Assembly: GCA_020184695.1 (NCBI GenBank)
Contig: JAANOX010000203.1
Location: 30,986-94,985 of the forward strand
DNA: 64,000 nt
Direction: 5' to 3'
DNA from: Histomonas meleagridis 2922-C6/04-290x
Lineage: Eukaryota; Protista; Parabasalia
Position 1 is the first letter of the stretch; each line of letters opens with the position of its first letter. Shown here one piece after another: positions 55,457 through 64,000 of this stretch. Under the pieces are notes generated by a model that saw only the letters and a program-made list of their open reading frames with translations, searched no databases and was not told where the DNA came from. Made by a program: the position numbers and the translations under genes.

Positions 55457-55708
55457 TTAAGTGTACACTTCCAATTTTTCCCATTTAAAATCTTCTTCAT
55501 ACACCAAATTTTGTTTCTCTTGGTTTGCTGTGTCGAAAGTAATTGATCTATTGATTCTCCTTTTGTCTTTGATGGAATTGATTGTTTGTATTTTGTTTCC
55601 TTTAAATTTATTATAAACTTTCCTTAATTTAAAATTTGTGTTGCTGTACATTAAATTATAGATTATAGTTAGCAAATTTCTCCCAAAGTCCATTTTTGCC
55701 TCCGCCAT
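55457..55708 (-). CDS. Small hypothetical protein
   Basis: 83-aa ORF only. Confidence 0.2.
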   Translation of the reverse strand: MAEAKMDFGRNLLTIIYNLMYSNTNFKLRKVYNKFKGNKIQTINSIKDKRRINRSITFDTANQEKQNLVYEEDFKWEKLEVYT

Positions 55709-56016
55709 GGGAGAAAGAAAGTTAAACTTTTTGAATGAAATTTGAATACTTTATAAAGTATTTAATGTTATTTCTATATGGAAAAGTGCTATATCATCCC
55801 TGATTAACGGATATTTAAGATATGAAATGTGAACTCCGATAGCAAAAGTTCAGAAAATTGAAATAAAAATCCAACCGTTAAAAAGCAAACAAAATTTGAG
55901 CACATTTCCCTCTAGTTTTTCTGAGTTTATTTGGCTGCTGCCCTCGTGCGGTCTTTTTTTTTTGCTTGTGTAGATATAAGTAAGAGAATGACAAATAAGA
56001 TATTTTGATTTTATGA

Positions 56017-57999
56017 CTAAAAATATATATTAACATTAATATCAATTGGTACACAATATTCCTTCTTGTTTAAGAAGTAATTTAACTATTTCTGTATAAC
56101 CATTTGAAGATGCATACATAAGTGCTGAATTAAAAATTTGAAGTAATTTCCAAATATTATTTTGAAATATCAAAATATTAAAATAAATATCAAATAAAAC
56201 AAATAAATATTTTTAGCATTAATATCAATTCCTTCTTGTTCAAGAAGTAATTTGACTATTTCTGTATGACCATTTGAAGATGCATACATAAGTGCTGAAT
56301 TAAAAATTTGAAATTATTTCCGAATAATATTTTGAAATACCAAAATATGAAAGCAAAAATTATCTTTAGCATTAATATCAATTCCTTCTTGTTCAAGAAG
56401 TAATTTGACTATTTCTATATTATTATATGAAGATGCAATCATAAGTGCTGTTTCAAATAATATAAATAATTTCCAAATATTATTTTGAAATACCAAATTA
56501 TTAAAATAAATATCAAATAAAACAAATAAATATAGCCTTCTTGTTCAAGAAGTAATTTAACTATTTCTGTATGACCATTTGAAGATGCATACATAAGCGC
56601 TGTTTTAAATAATTTAAATAATTCCCAAATATTATTTTGGTATATCAAATTATTAAAATAAATATCAAATAAAGCATATAAATATCTTTAGCATTAATAT
56701 CAATTCCTTCTTGTTCAAGAAGTAATTTGACTATTTCTGTATTACCATTCCAAGATGCTCTAATAAGTGCTGTATTAAATAATTTAAATAATTTCCAAAT
56801 ATTACTTTGAATTATCAAATTATTAATGCAAATATAAAATAAAGCATATAAATATCTTTAGCATTAATATCAATTCCTTCGTGCTCAAGAAGCAATTTAA
56901 CTATTTCTATTTGGTCATTTTCAGATGCAATCATAAGTGCTGTTTCAAATAATTTAAATAATTTCCAAATATTATTTTAAAATTATAAATAAAAATAATT
57001 AATATATTTTACATTAATATCATAGCTATTTTGCTTCATAAAATATTTAACTAGCTCAATATTCCGAGATTTTACAGTTGATACGAACATTGAATCAGGA
57101 AAATTATTTTCATTTTTAAACTCTTCAATAAGATTTATATTTCCATTAACAACTAAATTATGCATTAATATATCATTGATTTTATATTCTTCTTTTATAA
57201 AAAACGAAAGAATCTCATAATTACTTAAAGAAATACATAAACTCATATATATTACCTTATAATTAACCTCAATTTTATTATAAACATAGTAAAATATATC
57301 ATTTCGATGAAAAATAATTGCAAATTTACATAATTCTTCATATAACTCATGCGTTTGCTCACAAAGATGAAGAATTTCGATGTTTCCACCTGCAACAGCA
57401 AAAACAATTGTATTTGATGTATTAGCGCCATTTAACATTAAATATTTAAAACATTTAATAGATCCAAAAAATGCTGCATAATCAATTAACGAAACATTAT
57501 TTTGATTAATAAATGAACATCTTTCATATGGAGATGGTTCAATTATTTGATTAATATCAAAATCATTTTGTGTTGATATTTCTTGAAGTTTTTCGATTTC
57601 ATCATTTCGAATTATTTTTGAAATTTCATTTGGATTAATTCCTTCTTTCATATATTTCTTATGAAGTTCCCAATTATTCTTAGAAAGAATACTATGATTT
57701 ACAATAAGATAAAACCAAATCGATTCAATATTATCTTCGTCAAAAAAATCATCCATCGTTGGCTGTATAAAATTTAATTCTTTAATTTCATTTTCTGTTT
57801 TATAATGAATGTAATATAATGAATTCTTATTTTCAATAACTTTAGAAGAAATAAGATTCTTTTCAACCATCATTTCGAGAAGGTAATGTGCCCCTTTATG
57901 AGAAAAAAATGTATTTAGAAGAAACAAAAAAATATCAAAGATATTTAAGCCATTTTTGTTAAAATGCTTACCAACTTCAGATAAAAAGTGTAGAAGCAT
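56017..57999 (-). CDS. DUF3447-like plus ankyrin-repeat gene (paralogue of 29320-33154) with spacer-interrupted repeats; 5' end possibly truncated
   Basis: Shares NNWELHK...GxNPNEI...YERCSFINQ...LIDYAAF with the 29.3-kb gene, followed by six TAL...EQEG(IDINAKD) modules separated by spacers. Confidence 0.7.
56040..57030 (-). repeat. About 170-bp tandem array (90-nt ANK module plus 80-nt spacer)
   Basis: Near-identical units read directly; spacer lengths 60, 80, 80, 80, 63, 80. Confidence 0.9.
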
Positions 58000-58001
58000 A
58001 T

Positions 58002-58571
58002 TTACATCACATGTTCGGGAATAATAAAAAGAAAATGTGATTCTACATATGAGAAAACAAAAAGAAAATGGATTATTTCCATCAATCCTTTGCATCTTGG
58101 AGAACCACAACAACATTTTATACGCTTTTCTTTTGGTTCATACTCTATTTTATAGTCATAAACAAGTTCTTCATAGGGTTCAATGTCGCGAATTGCACAA
58201 ATTATTATGTGTTTCTCTCCAAAAAATTCTTCAAGAATTGTTTCGCAATTTGGATCACAACTATGGTTGATAAAGCGCGCTTTCCCTCCAACCCGAGTGG
58301 CATCAATAAAAACATCATCAGAGAGACGGAAAATATATGATCCATTGTTACCTTCGCGTTCATACATTTTTTGTCTTTTTTCAACAACTGATAATCGGAT
58401 TAATTCACCAACATACTCAATCAAAGGATCGCCTAGTTTGTGTTTACGTGTTGTAATAACACCCCATTGATGAATAATGGAACGATCATATCGTAATGTC
58501 ATAGAGTTGGATCGAAGAACGCGTTCAAATTCTTCAATGGTATCATTCTGAAGAGTTTCAGCTTGATCCAA
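58002..58571 (-). pseudogene. SET/post-SET domain (Set1-like) fragment lacking an ATG start
   Basis: SIIHQWGV, EYVGELIR, YIFRL, ARFINHSCDPNC, ELVYDY, CCCGSPRCKG; only a TTG start. Confidence 0.75.
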
Positions 58572-58800
58572 TTTAATTCAAAATTGAAAAATTTTCGATT
58601 TTAAAAATAGATAGAAAATTGAAGTAAAATATTTTAATCTAGATTTTTTTGTAATGAGCTTATATTTTCATTAGGTTCACCGAAAATCCATTTGTTATAA
58701 TTAGAATTATGTTCTTCAAAACCATTGTTTTCTTCTTCATTTATGTTTACATTGAAACAAACCCAGTCAATTTTTTGCTTTTTCAAAACTCAAATTAAAA

Positions 58801-59304
58801 ATGAATAATCACGAAAATGATTTCCAAATTTTGCGAATTGTCATTGCTTCTAACATCAGTGGAACAGTCCTTGCCGATTATGCTCTACCAGAATGGACAT
58901 ATATTAAAGAAGATAAAGCAATTGCAAGACTTTTCCAAACATTGATGTCGATTCCGAAAGAATTTGATAATGAAAGCCTAAGGCAGGTTTCATTCAAGGT
59001 TGGAGAAGAGTCCATGCCCCAAGTCAGTCGACATTCAAATGCTGGTATTCAAAACACAAATTTGAATCTTGCAATGACAATGAAAAATGATATTATAGTT
59101 GGTCTCTTTTATTCAGTTGAGGATGAAGATCAGATACCAAATTATATTTCAACATTTCAATCTTTAACAAGAACAGTCCACTATGAAAAGTTCGCAGAAG
59201 ATCAATACTTGTTTTATTTGTCCATAGAGCAGAGCTCGAGAAGGCATTCCAACTCAGCGAAGATCTTTCCAGTCAAGGAATCAACAGAAGTTTTGCATCA
59301 GTGA
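58801..59304 (+). CDS. Hypothetical protein (possibly longin-like), 3' end appears frame-disrupted
   Basis: Coding-like N-terminal 130 aa; composition changes after about 59190. Confidence 0.3.
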   Translation: MNNHENDFQILRIVIASNISGTVLADYALPEWTYIKEDKAIARLFQTLMSIPKEFDNESLRQVSFKVGEESMPQVSRHSNAGIQNTNLNLAMTMKNDIIVGLFYSVEDEDQIPNYISTFQSLTRTVHYEKFAEDQYLFYLSIEQSSRRHSNSAKIFPVKESTEVLHQ

Positions 59305-59504
59305 TAAGATTCCCTGCTTTACTCATAATTCAACTACTACTAATTTAAACACTTTCGAAATTTCCAATAAATCTAAATGGACTTTTTTCCAGTGATAATC
59401 AAAGATAGAATTGTTACCAAAAAATCAGACTTAGCCACAAATGGTTTCATTCTTTGAATAGAAAGGTTTTTATGTTGAACGATTTTGCTATCAAATTATG
59501 TTAT

Positions 59505-60410
59505 TCAAAGTCCTTTAACACGGACTCTAATAATATTATTGATTATTGTTGGTGGATTTGTTTGATCCTTTAGAATGGGTGATTGGAATTCTTCTTTTGC
59601 AGTTTGTCTTTTTGTGTAATCAATATTCAACAATGTTTTCATTAGATCCACAAGTCCTTCATCCACAATTTGAGAAAGCTCTGGTGCGAAGGCAGATTCC
59701 AGTGATTTGATTGGTTCATCAACGAATTCATCATCAAATGTCATCATCAATTTGAATTCCAATTTGATCTGCAATTCTATCCAACTCATACCACCAAAAT
59801 ATTCTGACATTATTATAAGTGTTTAGAGGCTTGACCCTAGCTTTCCAGGAATATCATGGGTCAAAATGTAGAATCAGCACTCAACCATACACACATCCCA
59901 CAATAATAACCGTAATTGTAAACGTTGTACCCAATAACAACATTTCAGAGATACAATGCTTGAACCAACTTTTGAACATATCTTCATTCACCAAAGCATC
60001 CACAACCCCAAATCAATGAGCTTCATCCGTAGGTATACTTGATTAGAATGTTCCGAGCTTAACGTCTCATAGACAAAAAATCCTAATGGATGTTGCGTCA
60101 ATTAGCAGCAAAACAGATCTTATTAAAAAGCAATTCGATTCTGTAAATTGTTTCAAAGAGATGGTTGGGATCGATTTCTTCAGAGGTTCAAAGACCAACA
60201 TGTTTCTTCTTTCAGTATTTATATAATTGTTTAACACTTGTGGTGCGCCTTTGAGTGTTTGCAAAATTTTAACTTCATTATTAATTAGGTATTCACTTCC
60301 TCTTTCAATTAGTTTTATTGCAACTTCTTCTTTTTGATGATATGTTCCACGATAAACATGAGAAAAATGTCCATGACCAATGCATTATAAACTTTAAATT
60401 AGCGAGACAT
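59505..60410 (-). pseudogene. CK2-alpha-like protein kinase pseudogene
   Basis: IGHGHFSHVYRG, VAIKLI, EVKILQTL, LVFEP, decayed (H)*DVK and KLIDFG; multiple stops and frameshifts. Confidence 0.75.
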
Positions 60411-61619
60411 GGGTAGTATTCTGGAATGTGACGTTTCAGTTTGGGGCCTTTTTTTTCTTCACTCTATTCAGCCCTCGGAGAAAAGAAAAATTCTGGCCAA
60501 AATCTCAATCAGCTATTCAAAAAGTTTTGGAATAAACCAGTTGAGTGGTTTACAAGAATTAGAGAAATGAACCCACAACTCCTTAAACTAGATTTCCATA
60601 TAGTAAATTAAATAAAAATAAGAAACGCTACGATTAACACTTTCTAAATTTAACAAAGATTCGATAAGTCAAATATTTTTAGGCTTATCTTTGATCAGCT
60701 AATCATATAATCATCAACATATGGGTTTCTGTTTCCGCTTGTGTTTGATTTGATCTATCATTGTGCTGATTTCTTGTTGTGTTGGTGGGATGTTCTCGAA
60801 ATTCCATTCAAGAAGATATGAAGTTTCCGACGTAGATAACCTATGGTTATTCATACATTGTGAAGAAGTAAAGGAGAATGCGAGCAATTTGACCACACGA
60901 TCTTTAGCTCACCCGGCATAGAACTGCACCTTCCCATATTTAAGCCGAGAATAGTATATTCTGGTTTGATGGTCTTGTTTTTGAATTTGGCTGGTCCCTA
61001 CAGAACTGCACGACCACTATAATCAACTTCTTTCAAGCTCGTTTAGTCGAATCTTGCACTATTGATTTTGGAAACGGTGGATAGAGAGATAGTGAATATC
61101 GAAACCACAGAGGTCTTCTTATAAAAAGAAACTTTGGGGAACACCCCTATGTTCCATGATTTGGTGATCTCAGTTGCGGATAAACTTTCAGTTCTTGCAC
61201 CCATTTCCAAAGGGTATGTAGTACCAGGTACATCAAAAACATTTGTCCATCGGTACAGTCAACATCATTATTTATATAGACACGAGCAGTGTTATAGCCT
61301 GAGAATACGATATTGCATAATATTCTTTCTTGAGTTTCTAACACCAAGCCTCGCTTTAGACCATTTGTTGGATGTATTCGCAGAAGGAAAGAAGAAAAAG
61401 CATTCAATTAACAGTCTCAATCTGAATTTGGAACCAAAACCATTAGTTTGAATACATACAACCAAAAGCTTTATAAAACAATACTTTTTCGCATTCACGC
61501 AGAAATTGGTTTTTAGAACATTGGAACTTTCTATATAACTGTTTTATCGTTTGTTTGTCCCACATCATAAATATTAAGATCATTAAAGATTTATTATTAA
61601 TTCTTTAAGGAGGACTACA

Positions 61620-62730
61620 GAGGTGTTTCTTAATTGAAGAATGGACATTCCTGTGATTGTGTATTGTGAAGAGTAATAATTCTTTGAGGGAACACATCAA
61701 GACTTGCAAATATCAGACCTTTCAATCCAATCAGAATACATCGGCTGTGGGTAGAAGGTTCAACTGCCCATTCGCGTTCCTTTGAGCTCCAGTTTCTAAT
61801 TTCCATCTCAAAAAGAGGCGTTCTTTGGATCTTTAATCATAGTGTTACCACCAGTGAGGATGATATTCGAATAAAGCTTATTACGTAAGCATTTATAGAG
61901 TTAAAAACAATTTGATCAATTCATCCACCACTAATCCATTAAGATATGTAACTGCATTGAAATTGTTCTTTTTCGAATTTGATTGTACTTTATCGAACGA
62001 TTGTAAACAAGAGATCGCATTATGTTGTTGTTGTCGCCAAATTATATAATCAAGTGCAACATACGCATGGTTTTCTTGAATTACTATTCAAAGTATGACT
62101 TCGGGATGTATTGATTAATTGTTTGATTTCGCATTGTTTCTTCTTGTAGATATGTGGTTACATACTCCCTGCGAGGTTGGGAATTTGCATGCCAAGCTTT
62201 TGTCTTGATGCGCCCCTTCCAATCTATTTGGAAAACCGTAATTCCATCATAGACTCTAAAACAATACCAGACGTACGACTTGAATCCTTACAATGCAAGG
62301 TTCGGTTGCAACAGAATAAAACCCTCTGAAGTTCTGTTTCAAATATGATCACGCTCCATCATCTCTTCTTCGAATGAGCCAATTTGGATGTTGAATGATT
62401 TCGGATACTTATTGGCTCGGACTAATACGTGGATAATGGTGAGATCAACTTGAAGTTGGTTTTAAAAGATATACATCTCAGATCTTTTCCATTTCGCTCC
62501 CAATTTGTAATATAATACATGTTTCAGTTGGATGGTAGATTGAGCATTCCTTCACTTTATAGATTCAGCTTCCAGTACCAATATATATATATGATTGGGC
62601 AACTGATTATTTAGATGTGGGATGACAGTCATTCGTTGCTATTATAGTGGAGAAATGACTCGCTCACATAGCCTGCCTTGATGAACTTTGACCCATTATC
62701 AACAACAATTGTCTGGAAGTTCCCGTTCAT
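61620..62730 (-). pseudogene. Actin-family pseudogene
   Basis: IVVDNGSKFIKAG start; fragments MEKI*D, LYSNIILTGGNTM, DWI...FASLDVF in shifting frames. Confidence 0.75.
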
Positions 62731-64000
62731 TAAAAAGATGAAGTGACACAGATAAAGAAAGAAGAAAATAACCTTAGGATTTTGAGCTAAATAAAAGAAA
62801 CTTTTTGATAGCTGAAAGTATTGAGTTAAAACAGAAATTTGAATCAACACAAAGAGAATAATTTGGTTGTGAATTTTCGAAACACAAGAAAATTCAGATT
62901 CTATTTTGGAATGCGCAAAACACAAAGCATTTGCTTTTTTGATGGTTCCTCACAAAAAAAAAAAAAAAAATTGTTTCATGTTGATTGGAAAAATAAGGAA
63001 AAAGAAAATTAACCCATTGATATAAATATAACTTTGGTAGCACGCTACAAAATTGATTGAGATGTTTGATTCGGATAATTAAGGATCCAAAAAAGATTTC
63101 TTAAATATAATTATGATAATATGTAATGTTGCAGATTCTTGGGGTCATGGAAGCAACATCTGTGAGGGAGTGTGATTGAACATTTGAGCGTTGGATGTGA
63201 CCAGAAGTTTTTATCTTATCAAAAGTGTCAATGATACTTGTTTCTGGTTTAAACTTTTGGTTTTGTGTTTTGGAAATCATATATGATTATTGGTGAAAAT
63301 GAGTGTAACATTACATCTCAGTTGGAAATAATATTTTAATGATTTCATTTTAGCAATAAATTTCAATTAATTAAATCTAAGGATTCTAACAATCCCATCA
63401 GTATTTCATTATCCATAGTAAGAAGAATTGTAAATTAATGTTATATAAAAGTGGTTGGAAATGTTTGAGAGATGGTAATTTATGAAGAGAAGAGACTGGA
63501 AGACTTGTTAACAATGTGAACCATGACTCGAGGAAATATTTCATAAAATTGGTTTAATTTTCTTTATTACAGCATGACCCATTTATGGATTTCGTGGATA
63601 AAATATCAAAAATTTTCCAAAAATTATCGTTGACAACATCAATTCTTCTCAAAATTCACGACTTTTGCTTAGAAATCAATTGAAAACGTTACATGAGGTT
63701 TGATTTATATTCGTTCAGCTGTTCAAACATCCTTCTTCCAATCGCTTTAAAGCCATGCCAAAATATTTTTCATCCCTTATTCTTTGGCCAGTTTACAAGC
63801 CCAATTTGTCATTACTAAGGTTAACACAGTTTTCAAGTTCTATTTCCAAATGTTTCCGACAATTTGAAACATATGTTCCTTCAAACACACTATCTTCGTC
63901 ATATACATACACAATTTCCCTATTCTCCAAATACCTTTAACAGACACTTGTAGGAACGAATACAATGGTGGAAAGTTATTCATTAGGAAATAACTGTGTA

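Noticed and set aside
41291-57030. CRISPR-like appearance of the 18-bp and 170-bp arrays
   Set aside because: The repeats encode protein, spacers are homologous to each other, the context is eukaryotic and no cas genes are present.
544-63940. Many 60-130-aa ORFs antisense to or nested in larger genes
   Set aside because: Shadow ORFs with low-complexity F/L/I/N/K composition and no recognisable motifs.
63400-64000. Possible MORN-like pseudogene fragments on the minus strand
   Set aside because: Similarity too weak and fragmented to call.

Overview
AT-rich, gene-dense eukaryotic DNA. Its gene content (BspA-like LRR surface proteins, DUF3447-like/ankyrin proteins, divergent Rabs, M3/M5-type core promoter motifs, short intergenic gaps) points to a parabasalid (trichomonad-type) protist; this is inference, not a database result. 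The window holds about 30 apparently intact, intronless genes (axonemal, trafficking, glycosylation, RNA processing). It also holds a 26-codon eL41 gene missed by the ORF track, two TA-flanked IS630/Tc1/mariner-superfamily DNA transposons with intact TIRs but broken transposases, MITE-like inverted repeats, a BspA cluster with a 365-bp inverted duplication, and a decayed pseudogene block at about 58-64 kb. The standout is three ankyrin-repeat genes (29.3-33.2 kb +, 33.2-34.4 kb -, 56.0-58.0 kb -) whose repeats are interrupted at the same point, the inter-repeat beta-hairpin between 'xxD' and 'TAL/TPL'. The interruptions are U-rich, break the frame or contain stops, and mostly lack usable GT-AG ends. 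In two genes the spacer is exactly 80 nt in 9 of 14 copies despite heavy sequence divergence. In the third, removing 17, 35, 19 and 17 nt restores a complete stop-free protein. This suggests an unrecognised non-canonical splicing or translational bypass system; the mechanism cannot be determined from DNA alone. No rRNA, tRNA or CRISPR array was recognised.
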